Source: Nitrosopumilus sp.
GTDB lineage: Archaea > Thermoproteota > Nitrososphaeria > Nitrososphaerales > Nitrosopumilaceae
Reading direction: 5' to 3'
Length of the DNA stretch: 64,000 bases
Assembly: GCA_965249555.1 (NCBI GenBank)
Contig: OZ252243.1
Coordinates: 1,952,001-2,016,000, forward strand
Shown here: in pieces, positions 49,847 to 60,906 of the stretch
Position numbering within the stretch: the stretch's first letter is position 1
Layout: each line of letters starts with the position of its first letter
Notes under the pieces: model-generated
Databases searched by the model: none
What the model saw: the letters and a program-made list of their open reading frames with translations, nothing else
Told to the model about the DNA's origin: nothing
Made by a program: the position numbers and the translations under genes

Positions 49847-50677
49847 ATGAAACAAATTCAGATGACAAAAAATCCTTCTTTTTCATTAATTTCTACAAAG
49901 AAAATTATTCAGATGAGTAATGTCTGGACATCTTATGATTCTAAAAATTTTGCATTAGAGGGAATAAACTTGTCAATCGATAGAGGAACCAATTATGCTA
50001 TTATTGGACAGTCTGGTTCTGGAAAATCTACTTTACTCAAATTAATGAATGGGATGATGATTCCAAGTAAGGGTATAATCAAAATTGATTATGTTTCCCC
50101 TGACATGAATAATAAAAAATTCAAAAATATGATGCATACTATTGGTTATATTCCTCAAAGTCTTGGACTAGTAAAAAACATCACAGTTCTTGAAAATACT
50201 CTTCTTGGCGCATTGCCTAGATTAAACAAAATTCAATCGTTGTTTAAAAAATTTCCAGAACATGAGATTCAAGAAGCTAAGAGAATTCTAAATCTAGTTG
50301 GGCTGTCTGGAAAAGAAAACAGAAAAGCCTACATGCTTAGTGGCGGTGAAAAGAGAAGAGTTGCCATTGCTAGAGCATTAATGCAAAAACCTACAATATT
50401 GTTAGCAGATGAAATTGTTTCAGAATTAGATAATGTTACTGCACATGAGATTATGGATTTAATTGCCGATGCTCAAAAACGAATGAATCTAACTGCAATA
50501 ATGGTTCATCATGATATGCAATTAGCATTAGAATATGCAAATCGAGTTGCAGTTATCAAAAAAGGACAAAAAATTCTAGAGATTGGAGTTGAAGGGGAAA
50601 CTATAGTTGATTTTCAAACAGGTGATATGAGTACTGAAGAGATTATGGAGATGTATGATGCTAACTCCAAAAAATAA
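49847..50677 (+). CDS. phnC: Phosphonate ABC transporter ATPase
   Basis: GQSGSGKS, LSGGEKRRVAIARALMQ, LLADE. Confidence 0.88.
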   Translation: MKQIQMTKNPSFSLISTKKIIQMSNVWTSYDSKNFALEGINLSIDRGTNYAIIGQSGSGKSTLLKLMNGMMIPSKGIIKIDYVSPDMNNKKFKNMMHTIGYIPQSLGLVKNITVLENTLLGALPRLNKIQSLFKKFPEHEIQEAKRILNLVGLSGKENRKAYMLSGGEKRRVAIARALMQKPTILLADEIVSELDNVTAHEIMDLIADAQKRMNLTAIMVHHDMQLALEYANRVAVIKKGQKILEIGVEGETIVDFQTGDMSTEEIMEMYDANSKK

Positions 50678-51446
50678 TATCATTATTGGAATTATCATTG
50701 CACTTTTGGTAGTTGCATCGTATAATGTTGATGCCAATCCTATCGAGTTTGTTGAGGGATTACCAAATCTTGCAATTGTTGTTGAAGAAATGCTTTTGGT
50801 AGAACCAAAGTACATTCCAACTGCACTTTGGGCAATGTTTGAAACCATTCAGATGGCCTTTATTGGAACAATAATTGGTTTTGTAATTGCATTGCCACTA
50901 AGTTTGCTTTCTGCAAGAAATCTTAACAGCAAATACGTTTATGCTCCAGTTCGAGCATTATTGGCAGCTATTCGTACATTCCCATCAATTTTGTGGGCAA
51001 TCTTGTTTGTGATTATGGTTGGCTTGGGTCCTTTTGCAGGAGTTTTGGCAATTATTATGTATACAATTGGATTTGTTGCAAAATTACAGTATGAAGCAAT
51101 TGAAACAATTGATTCTGATCCTATGGATGCAGTTAGCTCTATTGGTGTTTCAAAATGGCAGTTAATTCGGTATGTTGTGATTCCTGAATCAGCTTCTCAT
51201 CTTCTTAGCCAATTGCTTTACATGTTTGATTATAACATACGCCAGACTAGCATCCTTGGATTAGTTGGTGCAGGTGGAATTGGTTTTTACATTATCAACT
51301 ATATCAAATTCTTTGAGTATGGAAAAGCAGCAGTTTTCATGTTAGTGGTGTTGGTTACTGTTTTGATAATTGATTGGGCTAGTGTAAAGATTAGAGACAA
51401 GTATATCATTAAATCTCAACATGGAATGGAAGTTACTACAAAATAG
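50655..51446 (+). CDS. phnE: Phosphonate ABC transporter permease
   Basis: ETIQMAFIGT, RTFP, FDYNIRQTSILGLVGAGGIG. Confidence 0.92.
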   Translation: MMLTPKNNIIIGIIIALLVVASYNVDANPIEFVEGLPNLAIVVEEMLLVEPKYIPTALWAMFETIQMAFIGTIIGFVIALPLSLLSARNLNSKYVYAPVRALLAAIRTFPSILWAILFVIMVGLGPFAGVLAIIMYTIGFVAKLQYEAIETIDSDPMDAVSSIGVSKWQLIRYVVIPESASHLLSQLLYMFDYNIRQTSILGLVGAGGIGFYIINYIKFFEYGKAAVFMLVVLVTVLIIDWASVKIRDKYIIKSQHGMEVTTK

Positions 51447-51462
51447 ATATTCAGTTTTGATT

Positions 51463-52488
51463 TTATGTTGTGACTTTATCTAGTTGATTAGATTCTGTGG
51501 CTGTTTTTATCTCTCTTGCCATTCTTTTACCCATACTCATAGGCTCATTAAACAACAGTGAGTAGTACGGAGAACCATCCATGTAGATATTTGTCCCTGC
51601 AACAATTCTTGCTGAAAATTCAAATGATTTGAATTTTGCATTCTCATCATAAACTCCTTCAATACAAAATGGTCCATTCATACCTGGCGACACTAGTTTT
51701 TTTGAAGCATCAACAAAGTTTTCTCCCATATTATACACTTCATCTAAAAGTGATTCTCTTAAAACTAGAGGGCTGTTTCCAATCACATTAAATGATGGAA
51801 CCTTGTTGGATTTTAATTGCTGCTCTGATGGAATTCTAGCTAGACCTTCAATGTCTGACTCGTGTCTTTGATCAACTCCGAAGAACTCTAACTCTTCTTT
51901 TAATGGAGAATAAAAAAATTGTAAATAAGCTAAAACACCTGCTGCATATTCTTGAATGTAAAGTGTTTCGTCTTTTGAAATCACTCCTTGTGAAATTAAT
52001 TGATTTCTCTTTGTATTGTAATCCTCTTCGTTTACTGCCATAAAGTATCCTTTCCCACCAGCTGCTCCCTGTCTTTTTACAATTACCAGTTTGTTGATGT
52101 CTTTAGGTTCTGATACTGATGTTGGCATGGGGAGATTTGCCTCTTTCATGAGTTTTTCTTTCATCTCTCTATCTGATTCCCATCTTAGAATCCACTTGTT
52201 TCCAAAGACAGGAGTTTTGATTGATTCAATCTCTTCAGAACTCATTTGTGCAATTAATGTACCGTGTGGAATCAAAACAGCATTATTTTCTTCTAGAATT
52301 GATTGACATTTTTGGTCTAGAATTTCTTTGAATGAATCTACTAAAATTAATTCATCAATAAATGGAAATCTCCGATATAGTTTTTCACGTTTTTTCTCAC
52401 AGACAAGAATAGTTTTTAGACCTTCATCTTTTGCACCTTTGAGAACTTGAAGTGCACAGTGAGAACCAAGTGTAGCAATTGCCGCCAT
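51463..52488 (-). CDS. purP: FAICAR synthetase (formate-phosphoribosylaminoimidazolecarboxamide ligase) family
   Basis: IATLGSHCALQ, GGKGYF, GPFCIE, FEFSARIVAGTN. Confidence 0.93.
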   Translation of the reverse strand: MAAIATLGSHCALQVLKGAKDEGLKTILVCEKKREKLYRRFPFIDELILVDSFKEILDQKCQSILEENNAVLIPHGTLIAQMSSEEIESIKTPVFGNKWILRWESDREMKEKLMKEANLPMPTSVSEPKDINKLVIVKRQGAAGGKGYFMAVNEEDYNTKRNQLISQGVISKDETLYIQEYAAGVLAYLQFFYSPLKEELEFFGVDQRHESDIEGLARIPSEQQLKSNKVPSFNVIGNSPLVLRESLLDEVYNMGENFVDASKKLVSPGMNGPFCIEGVYDENAKFKSFEFSARIVAGTNIYMDGSPYYSLLFNEPMSMGKRMAREIKTATESNQLDKVTT

Positions 52489-52514
52489 TTGTATTATTTC
52501 TATCCCTTTGTACT

Positions 52515-52724
52515 TTATGAACTATGTGCGGATGTAACGTATTGAAACACCTCATCTATCAATTCTATGCTTAATTCAGATTTGATATCTTTAGGAACTA
52601 CCTTTAGCACAAAATCATACATTGTTGTATTTTCTGAAAGTTCCCCCCTTTCTTGTAATAATGAAAAAACTGCAATTCCATTTGAGACTATTGCTACCAT
52701 CTTTTCTTTATCCGTAAGAGTCAT
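52515..52724 (-). CDS. Hypothetical protein
   Basis: 69-aa ORF co-oriented with purP. Confidence 0.7.
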   Translation of the reverse strand: MTLTDKEKMVAIVSNGIAVFSLLQERGELSENTTMYDFVLKVVPKDIKSELSIELIDEVFQYVTSAHSS

Positions 52725-52809
52725 GGTATCTGTGAAAAATTCCAGTAATTTAATGTAAATCTAGATAGTGAAAAATTAATTACACCATACAAATGGAATA
52801 AAGTAAATT

Positions 52810-54120
52810 ATGATAGAAACTGAATTAGGAAATTTACGCAGATCTCACTATTCTGATGAAATTACCCCTTCATTGGATGGAACTCAAGTGACCATTATGG
52901 GCTGGGTTTTGACAATAAGGGGGCATGGTAACATTAGTTTTGCTACAATTCGTGACAAAAATGGTGATATCTCAGTTGTTGCAAAAAAGGGAGATTGTCC
53001 GGATGATATTCGCGAAAAAATATCTTCACTAAAAGCACATTCTTCAATTGCCGTTACGGGAAAAGTAAAATCATCAGAAAAGGCACCTAGTGGGTTTGAA
53101 ATAATTCCAACAGAACTTAGAGTCTTTTCAGAAGTTGAGAAAATTCCTCCTTTTGAGCCAACTGCAAAAACTGTCAAAAATATTGATACGCGATTAGAGG
53201 TAAGACCAATTGATCTTAGACGTAATGTGCTCCAACATATTTTTAAAGCTAGGAGTCTTGTTTTAAAATCAATTAGAGATTACTTTAATGATCAAAATTT
53301 TATTGAAATTAATACTCCAAAAATGATTGCAACAGCAACTGAAGGCGGAGCTGCACTATTTGCCATCTTTTATTATAACAAAGAAGCTTTCTTGGCTCAA
53401 AGTCCGCAATTGTACAAAGAACAACTCACAATGAGCTTTGAAAAAGTCTTTGAGATTGCTCCAATTTTTAGAGCAGAACCGTCAAGAACTAATCGTCATT
53501 TGGCAGAAGCGATCTCTATTGATTTGGAAGAGGCATTTGTTGATTACAATGATGTAATGAATCGAATAGAGAAACTCATCAAAATTTCAATTAAAACTGT
53601 TAATGACTATGTAAAAGATAATCCTGATGCAGAATTTCTAATCCCTGCAATGCCTGAATCTATTCCGCGATACTCTTATGATGAATTAGTGGATAAAATG
53701 CGAAAGGCAGGAGAAAAAACTGAATGGGGTGATGACTTGTATCCATCTAATCTCAAAAAAATAGGTCTTGATGGATTTTATTTTATTACTGATTGGCCTA
53801 TTGGTCCAAAACCGTTTTACGTAAAGGATAGTAAATCAAATCCAAAAATTTCTGAATCCTTTGATTTGATGTATGGTGATTTAGAATTATCTTCAGGTAG
53901 TACAAGAATTGAAAAACGAGATGAATTAGTTGAGAGAATGAAGAATAAAGGAATGAAAACTGATGCATTTGAGTATCATCTTGGTGCATTTGATTACGGC
54001 GTTCCACCTCACGCTGGTTGTGGAATTGGTCTTGAGAGGTTGATTATGGCACTTACTGGTACTGAAAATATACGAGATGTAACATTTTATCCAAGAGATG
54101 TTGACAGATTAACACCCTAG
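52810..54120 (+). CDS. aspS: Aspartyl-tRNA synthetase (archaeal, probably non-discriminating)
   Basis: LAQSPQLYKE, FRAE, GIGLERL; adjacent to gatCAB. Confidence 0.96.
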   Translation: MIETELGNLRRSHYSDEITPSLDGTQVTIMGWVLTIRGHGNISFATIRDKNGDISVVAKKGDCPDDIREKISSLKAHSSIAVTGKVKSSEKAPSGFEIIPTELRVFSEVEKIPPFEPTAKTVKNIDTRLEVRPIDLRRNVLQHIFKARSLVLKSIRDYFNDQNFIEINTPKMIATATEGGAALFAIFYYNKEAFLAQSPQLYKEQLTMSFEKVFEIAPIFRAEPSRTNRHLAEAISIDLEEAFVDYNDVMNRIEKLIKISIKTVNDYVKDNPDAEFLIPAMPESIPRYSYDELVDKMRKAGEKTEWGDDLYPSNLKKIGLDGFYFITDWPIGPKPFYVKDSKSNPKISESFDLMYGDLELSSGSTRIEKRDELVERMKNKGMKTDAFEYHLGAFDYGVPPHAGCGIGLERLIMALTGTENIRDVTFYPRDVDRLTP

Positions 54121-54130
54121 GTGTAAGTGA

Positions 54131-54400
54131 ATGGTTACTGAAGAAGAAATAGAACACGTTTCAAAATTAATGAAAATAAACATTGATGATCATAAGGAAT
54201 ATGTGGACAAGGTACAATCAATGATTGACTATTTTGATGTTTTAGATTCTGCAGATGTTGAATCAGAAGAAATCTCAATGCAAGAAATTTCAATTTCTAA
54301 TCTACGAGATGATAAATACATTCCATTTGATGAAAAACTAATCAACAAACTAAACAACTACAAAGGAACCTATGTTCGTGCACCCAAGATGTCCTCATGA
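54131..54400 (+). CDS. gatC: Asp/Glu-tRNA amidotransferase subunit C
   Basis: EEIEHVSKL, LRDD, YVRAPK; operon position. Confidence 0.88.
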   Translation: MVTEEEIEHVSKLMKINIDDHKEYVDKVQSMIDYFDVLDSADVESEEISMQEISISNLRDDKYIPFDEKLINKLNNYKGTYVRAPKMSS

Positions 54401-55842
54401 ATCTAAAAATTTCTGCTCTTGAATTTGTCCAAGAAGTACAAAATGGAAATATCTCTGCTGAGGATTTTGTTGCAAAAACCTTAGAAAGAATACAAAGTAT
54501 TGATGAGAAACTTCATGCTTTTTTATCTGTCAATGAACAGGCAGTTGATCAAGCACGCAAAGTTGACAAAAAAATAAAATCTGGAGATAAAGTTGGAGCA
54601 TGTTTTGGAATGCCAATTTCAATTAAAGATAACATGTGTATCAAAAATAGTAAAACTACATGTGCCTCAAAAATGCTTGAGAATTTTGTAGCACCATATG
54701 ATGCAACTGTCATAACAAAACTAAAAGAACAAGATGCAGTATTTGTTGGAAAAGTAAATCTTGATGAATTTGCTATGGGACTGACCACTGAATTTAGTGC
54801 ATTTGGTTCAAGCAAAAATCCTTGGAATACAGAATATGTTCCAGGTGGTTCTTCTGGTGGAAGTGCAGTTTCTGTAAGTGCTTTTGAATGTGTAGCCTCT
54901 TTGGGTTCTGATACTGGTGGCTCTGTTAGAAACCCTGCTAGCTTTTGTTCTGCAGTTGGATACAAACCAACGTATGGTTTGATTAGCAGATACGGACTAA
55001 TTTCATATGCCAACAGCATTGAGCAGATTGGTCCTCTTACTAGAACTGTAAAAGACGCTGCCTTTATACTCAACATCATTTCTGGGTTAGACCATAATGA
55101 CAATACTACTGTGGATAACAAAAGTGAAGACTATCTTTCAGATATTGATTCTGGCATAGAAGGCAAGAAAATAGGAATAATTAAGGAGATGACTGGGGAG
55201 GGTGTTGATCCTGCAGTTTTATCTGCAACAAAAGATGCCATATCAAAACTAGAGGTACTTGGAGCAATATGTGAAGAAGTATCACTTGACATGGTAAAGT
55301 ATTCTGTTGCAGCATATTATACAATAACTGCAACAGAAGCAGGAAGTAATCTTGCCCGATATGATAATCTAAGGTATGGTTATGATTTTCCTCTTGAAGG
55401 TTACGAGTTTAATTCTTATATTTCAAAGGCACGACAAAACTTTGGTCCAGAAGTTACAAGACGAATGATCATTGGAGGATTTGTTCCATCTGCAGGTCAT
55501 GCAGGAAAATATTTCCTCAAAGCACTAAAAGTAAAAAGTAAACTAACTCGAGAAATAAATGAAGCATTTAAGAAATTTGATCTCTTGATTGCACCAACTG
55601 TTCCAGTTCTTCCATTTAAGATAGGAGAGAAGATTGATGATCCTGTTTCATTATTTCAAATTGATATCAATACTGTAACTGCAAATCTTACAGGCAAACC
55701 TGCAATTTCAGTACCATTTAGTATTTCAAATGGGTTGCCAATTGGAATGCAATTATTTGCAGACTCTATGAATGATAAATTATTACTACGGGCTGCACAT
55801 GCATTAGAGCAAACTGTTTCATTACCGGAGGTTCCAATTTGA
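54397..55842 (+). CDS. gatA: Asp/Glu-tRNA amidotransferase subunit A
   Basis: PGGSSGGSA, GSDTGGSVRNPA amidase signature. Confidence 0.97.
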   Translation: MNLKISALEFVQEVQNGNISAEDFVAKTLERIQSIDEKLHAFLSVNEQAVDQARKVDKKIKSGDKVGACFGMPISIKDNMCIKNSKTTCASKMLENFVAPYDATVITKLKEQDAVFVGKVNLDEFAMGLTTEFSAFGSSKNPWNTEYVPGGSSGGSAVSVSAFECVASLGSDTGGSVRNPASFCSAVGYKPTYGLISRYGLISYANSIEQIGPLTRTVKDAAFILNIISGLDHNDNTTVDNKSEDYLSDIDSGIEGKKIGIIKEMTGEGVDPAVLSATKDAISKLEVLGAICEEVSLDMVKYSVAAYYTITATEAGSNLARYDNLRYGYDFPLEGYEFNSYISKARQNFGPEVTRRMIIGGFVPSAGHAGKYFLKALKVKSKLTREINEAFKKFDLLIAPTVPVLPFKIGEKIDDPVSLFQIDINTVTANLTGKPAISVPFSISNGLPIGMQLFADSMNDKLLLRAAHALEQTVSLPEVPI

Positions 55843-57242
55843 CAAAGATTGGTTTAGAAATTCACTGCCAGTTAACAAATTTGGAAAGCAAATTGTTTTG
55901 CTCATGTAAAGCAAATTATAGAGAATTTGAAATTAATGAGAACATTTGTCCTATTTGTATGGGGTTGCCAGGAAGTTTACCTAGATTAAATCAAGAGGCA
56001 GTAAAAAAGGCAACAATAATTGCAATGGCTCTAAATTGTACTACTCCTGATAAGATTGCATTTTTCCGAAAAAATTATTTCTATCCTGATCTACCAAAAA
56101 ATTTCCAAATCACCCAGCTCAATATCTATGGAGATACCAGTATTGGCGGTGTTGGTTCGATAATGGTTGGTGATAAAAAAATCAGAATCACAAGAATTCA
56201 ACTCGAAGAAGATCCTGGTAGGCTAATTTATGAGGGTAGTTCATCCAAGAACCTAATCACTTTAGTTGATTACAACCGTGCAGGCACACCATTAGTTGAA
56301 ATTGTCACAGAACCTGACTTTGAGAATCCAAAACAAGTAAGAGAATTTCTTAACATATTGTCTGACTTGCTTGAAAATCTTGGAGTATCTGATCCTAGTC
56401 TGGAAGGTGCAATGAGAGCTGATGCTAACGTTTCAATTGAAGGAGGAAAGAAAGTTGAAGTCAAAAATATTGGTTCTTTTCATGATTTAGAAAAAGCTGC
56501 TATTTTTGAAATTACAAGACAGGAAAGCTTGCATTCTAGAGATATTGAAATAATTCAAGAAACACGTCACTGGGATGATAAGCGAAAGACTACTGTTCCA
56601 TCACGTTCCAAAGAAGAAGATCTTGATTATCGTTATTTTCTAGAAGGTGACATACCTTGGATTAGAATCGATCCTGAGATTCAAAAGGAACTAAAATCAA
56701 AAATGCCTGAAAGTATCAGCTCAAAAAAAGAAAGATATATTTCACAATTTAATATTCCTGCACAAGTTGCAAGTGTTTTATCCTCTGACAAATTTTATTC
56801 TGACTTGTTTGAAATATCTCATACTGAATCTAATGCCAAAGAAATTGCAAATATAATCACTACTGATTTGATGGGTTTAGTTGATACAAGAGAAAAACGT
56901 GAGGACTCAAAAATTACTGCAACACATCTAAAAGATTTGGCTGATTCAATTCAATCAGGAAAAATCTCTAGAAATTCTGCCAAAAATGCATTGTATGAAA
57001 TTGTAAAGACTGGAAAGGATTTGTCTCAGGTAATATCTGAATTAGATCTTGGAAATGTATCTAGTGAATCAGAACTATTAGAAATAATTCAAAAAGTTAT
57101 TTCTGAAGAATCTCAAGCAGTAGAGGAGGCAGAATCTAATCCTCAAACAATTAACTATCTAGTTGGAAAAGTAATGCAAAAAACAAAAGGAAAAGCAGAT
57201 CCTAAACTAACACTAGATTTACTAAAAAAACAGATGGGATAA
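55839..57242 (+). CDS. gatB: Asp/Glu-tRNA amidotransferase subunit B
   Basis: IGLEIHCQL, RKNYFYPDLPK, DYNRAGTPLVEIVTEP. Confidence 0.97.
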   Translation: MTKIGLEIHCQLTNLESKLFCSCKANYREFEINENICPICMGLPGSLPRLNQEAVKKATIIAMALNCTTPDKIAFFRKNYFYPDLPKNFQITQLNIYGDTSIGGVGSIMVGDKKIRITRIQLEEDPGRLIYEGSSSKNLITLVDYNRAGTPLVEIVTEPDFENPKQVREFLNILSDLLENLGVSDPSLEGAMRADANVSIEGGKKVEVKNIGSFHDLEKAAIFEITRQESLHSRDIEIIQETRHWDDKRKTTVPSRSKEEDLDYRYFLEGDIPWIRIDPEIQKELKSKMPESISSKKERYISQFNIPAQVASVLSSDKFYSDLFEISHTESNAKEIANIITTDLMGLVDTREKREDSKITATHLKDLADSIQSGKISRNSAKNALYEIVKTGKDLSQVISELDLGNVSSESELLEIIQKVISEESQAVEEAESNPQTINYLVGKVMQKTKGKADPKLTLDLLKKQMG

Positions 57243-57245
57243 TTC

Positions 57246-57509
57246 ATGACTGAACTTTCATTAGAAGACATTGAATTTATCAAAATACTTGCTACATCTG
57301 ATGCTACTATTCTTCAGGCAGGCATGAATGATGCTACTAAACATAGACTGGATGAGCAGATAGGGACAATTTTGAGAGAATATTATCATGAAAACACTAT
57401 GAACACTCAAACAAACTGGACTGAGAAATTTCTAAAAGTAGGTATTACTGAAGATGATGGAAAAGCTGCAATTGCATGTGCAAGACGTCTTGGACTGGAT
57501 ATTTCATGA
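57246..57509 (+). CDS. Hypothetical protein
   Basis: 87-aa ORF immediately after gatB. Confidence 0.7.
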   Translation: MTELSLEDIEFIKILATSDATILQAGMNDATKHRLDEQIGTILREYYHENTMNTQTNWTEKFLKVGITEDDGKAAIACARRLGLDIS

Positions 57510-57552
57510 ATCAAAAAATCTTTTTACGCTTTATTAGTTTGTAAATTGTAAC

Positions 57553-59478
57553 TTGTCTGATTTTGAATTTATTCCAACTGAAAAACAAATCAGAGACTCG
57601 AACATATTTCAATTCATGCAAAAACATAACATATCATCACTCAAAGAACTATCACAAAAGGCAAATGACGATTTAGAATGGTTTTGGCAATCAGTAGATA
57701 AAGATATTGGAATTGTTTGGGATGTACCTTACACTAAAACCTTGGATATTTCTAAAGGGATTGAATGGCCAAAATGGTTTGTTGATGGAAAAACTAACAT
57801 CTACAAATCATCTGTTGAAAAATTTGCAAAACGAGATCCTCAAAAAATTGCATATCATTTTGTATCTGAAGATGGAAAAACATCTGAGATTTCATATTCT
57901 GAATTAGATTCCAAAGTATCAAAACTTGCAAATGGTCTAAAATCTCTTGGAGTAAAAAAAGGAGATGTTATTGCAATTTACTTGCCTATGATTGAAGAAG
58001 CAATACTGGCAATACTTGCAGCTTCAAAGATTGGTGCAATTCAAACTGTAATCTTTTCTGGATATAGTGCAGAATCATTACAAATACGATTAAATGATTG
58101 CAATGCCAAAATTCTTTTTGTCTCTGATGGATTTTACAGAAAAGGAAAGCCTGTATCTCAAAAGAAGACTGTAGAGACTATACTCAAAGACACTGCTGTT
58201 GAAAAAATAATTGTGGCTTCTTACAAAGGAATTGATCCTTATGTGGAATCAGAAAAAATAATTTTTTATGATAATCTTGTATCTTCTCAAAACATTCTTT
58301 GCAACACTGAAATTTTAGACTCTGAAGATCCTTTGTTCATTCTTTATACTTCAGGCACAACAGGTAAGCCTAAAGGTGTGATTCACACTCATGGTGGTTT
58401 TTCAGTTTTTGCAGGACATCAGGCTGCATATCTTATTGATATGAATAAAGATGACATATTATTTTGGCCTGCCGATATTGGTTGGATAACAGGTTTGGTG
58501 TGGAATGTTTATGGACTTTTGATAATGGGTGCAAGTGCTGTGATCTATGACGGATCATTTGATTTTCCAAGTGTTGATAGAGTATGGAAAATGTTATCTG
58601 ATTATCAGGCAACAATTTTTGGAATATCTCCAACTGCAGTACGATTGTTTAAAAAAAATAACATTGAACCATTAAAATCATATTCCTTAGATAAAATCAA
58701 AAACATTCCAACTACTGGTGAACCACTTGATGAAGATTCATGGTGGTGGTTATTTGAAAAAGTTGGTAACAAAAAGATCCCTATCATGAATCTGTCTGGC
58801 GGTACTGAAATTGGAGGTGCAATGCTTTCTGTATTTCCTGGAATGAAACTAAAACCATCTACCGTTGGCATCCCAGTTCCTGGAATGAATCTTGATATCT
58901 TTGATGATGATGGCAATTCTATGCAAAAACAAAATGGTTACCTAGTTATCAAATCTCCATGGCCTGCAATGACTAGAGGGCTGTTAAATGATAATGCTAG
59001 ATATCTTGAAACTTATTGGTCACGATTTGAAAATGTTTGGTTTCATGGAGATTATGTCTACGTTGATGATGACAATTTGTGGTATATGCGCGGTAGAACA
59101 GATGATGTGATGAATATTTCTGGTCATAGGATGAGTACTGCAGAGATTGAACATACTGTGATTTCACACAAAAAAATATCTGATGCTGCAACAATTGCCA
59201 TTCCGGATAATATTACCGGTGAGGCAATTGTTGTATTTTTTGTAACTGATGATAAATCTGAAATTGGTTTGGAATCTGAAATTTCTGATTATATTTCTGA
59301 AAAGATTGGAAAAATTGCAAGACCCAAATTTATTTTTCAGTTATCAGATTTACCAAAAACTAGAACAGGCAAAATTCTGCGTCGTCTATTAAAATCAAAA
59401 CTATTGGGTCAAGATTTAGGTGATTTATCCTCTCTTGAAAACCCCAAAATTTTAGATGAAATCACAAAATTAGGTTAA
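57553..59478 (+). CDS. AMP-forming acyl-CoA (acetate-CoA-like) synthetase
   Basis: YTSGTTGKPKG, ADIGWITG, GRTDD, LPKTRTGKILRR. Confidence 0.92.
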   Translation: MSDFEFIPTEKQIRDSNIFQFMQKHNISSLKELSQKANDDLEWFWQSVDKDIGIVWDVPYTKTLDISKGIEWPKWFVDGKTNIYKSSVEKFAKRDPQKIAYHFVSEDGKTSEISYSELDSKVSKLANGLKSLGVKKGDVIAIYLPMIEEAILAILAASKIGAIQTVIFSGYSAESLQIRLNDCNAKILFVSDGFYRKGKPVSQKKTVETILKDTAVEKIIVASYKGIDPYVESEKIIFYDNLVSSQNILCNTEILDSEDPLFILYTSGTTGKPKGVIHTHGGFSVFAGHQAAYLIDMNKDDILFWPADIGWITGLVWNVYGLLIMGASAVIYDGSFDFPSVDRVWKMLSDYQATIFGISPTAVRLFKKNNIEPLKSYSLDKIKNIPTTGEPLDEDSWWWLFEKVGNKKIPIMNLSGGTEIGGAMLSVFPGMKLKPSTVGIPVPGMNLDIFDDDGNSMQKQNGYLVIKSPWPAMTRGLLNDNARYLETYWSRFENVWFHGDYVYVDDDNLWYMRGRTDDVMNISGHRMSTAEIEHTVISHKKISDAATIAIPDNITGEAIVVFFVTDDKSEIGLESEISDYISEKIGKIARPKFIFQLSDLPKTRTGKILRRLLKSKLLGQDLGDLSSLENPKILDEITKLG

Positions 59479-59547
59479 GATTAGCTAACTTTTTACTGCT
59501 TACTATTTCACGCTTTGTTTCTTAATCATTTCTCATAATACTCAATA

Positions 59548-60906
59548 TTGAAATTTGTAGTTGACCAGCAGGTAGAAGACATAGAGATGCCTGAAAATCT
59601 CAAATTAAACACATTTCTTCAGGAATTTCATACTGCTTGCCCTCACCCTGAGTGTAGTTTTGGTTACTATGGGTTTGCATTTGGTCAATCGCCATTTCCT
59701 GTACCTCCACTTGTTCAAGTGGCACTAATCGAAAATGCTAACAAAGGAGCGTATGCTCCTGTCCCTGGAATTCCAGAATTGCGTAATGCCATCTCAAAAT
59801 ACAATAAACATTATTTTGGAATGGACGTTGCCCCTGAGCGAATCTATGTTGGACCTGGAACTAAAGAGTTAATTTTTAATCTTTTAGAAATTTTACATGG
59901 AACTGTGATTTTACCAACACCAGCTTGGTTGGGTTATCTCCCACAAATTAGATTCTTAAAGAAAAATTTTCATATGTTGCCAGCTCGTGCAAATAAGAAA
60001 ATATCTCCCGGTGATCTAAAGAAATTGGCACTTAGATTACAAGACCGGCAAAAGATTTTGATTTTAAACAACCCTCATAATCCAACTGGGTTATTATATA
60101 ATAAATTTGAACTAGAAGAAATTGCATATGTATGTAGAGAACAAAATATCATTATAATTTCTGATGAAATTTATGCTCAAACAACTTATGATTTTTCAAA
60201 ATTCATTAGCATGGGAAAAATTTATCCAGAAGGCACATTTGTTACAAATGGTTTATCAAAATCCCATGCTGCTGGTGGTTATAGATTAGGTTACGTAATT
60301 TTTCCTCAGTATGCAACAGATCTAAAAAATCAATTTAAAAAAATTCTTGCAACAGAGTATACTGCAGTATCTACCCCAATTCAACATGCTGCTGTTGCTG
60401 GGTTTGAAATTAGTAGAGAAATTGATGATTATTTTGATGTAACTCGTAAAATTCATCATCTGATGGGAGAATACACTTATCATGCATTATCTTCCATTGA
60501 AGGAGTCAAAATGACAAAACCTGATGCCACATTCTATCTTCTAGCTGATTTCAATGCATTTAGAGATGATCTAAGAAGAGCTAACATCACTACATCTCAG
60601 AAATTATCCGAGTCTTTAATTGTTCATCCATATCATACTGCGATTGTTGGTGGGGATAGTCTTGTTCTAGAGAGAACAGACTTTAGTGCAAGAATTGCTT
60701 ATGTGGATTATGATGGGGCAAAAGTTTATCAAAATTATCTTAATAACAAACCAAAATCAAGTTCTGAAAGAATAGAATTTGTGAAAAATAATGCTCCAAA
60801 GATTGTTGCCGGAATTGAAATGATTGGTAAATTTTTTGAGGATTTGAAAAAAGAACCGTTACGTGATTTACAGATTCAAAAAAGCTTGACAGTTCCTTCA
60901 AGTTAG
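59548..60906 (+). CDS. PLP-dependent aminotransferase class I/II
   Basis: NNPHNPTG, SDEIY, GLSKSHAAGGYRLGY. Confidence 0.92.
   Translation: MKFVVDQQVEDIEMPENLKLNTFLQEFHTACPHPECSFGYYGFAFGQSPFPVPPLVQVALIENANKGAYAPVPGIPELRNAISKYNKHYFGMDVAPERIYVGPGTKELIFNLLEILHGTVILPTPAWLGYLPQIRFLKKNFHMLPARANKKISPGDLKKLALRLQDRQKILILNNPHNPTGLLYNKFELEEIAYVCREQNIIIISDEIYAQTTYDFSKFISMGKIYPEGTFVTNGLSKSHAAGGYRLGYVIFPQYATDLKNQFKKILATEYTAVSTPIQHAAVAGFEISREIDDYFDVTRKIHHLMGEYTYHALSSIEGVKMTKPDATFYLLADFNAFRDDLRRANITTSQKLSESLIVHPYHTAIVGGDSLVLERTDFSARIAYVDYDGAKVYQNYLNNKPKSSSERIEFVKNNAPKIVAGIEMIGKFFEDLKKEPLRDLQIQKSLTVPSS

Noticed and set aside
54549-55121. 190-aa antisense ORF inside gatA, and similar shadow ORFs in res, pyrG, trpE, ilvD, aspS and acs
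   Set aside because: Fully overlap well-supported genes and have no recognisable motifs.
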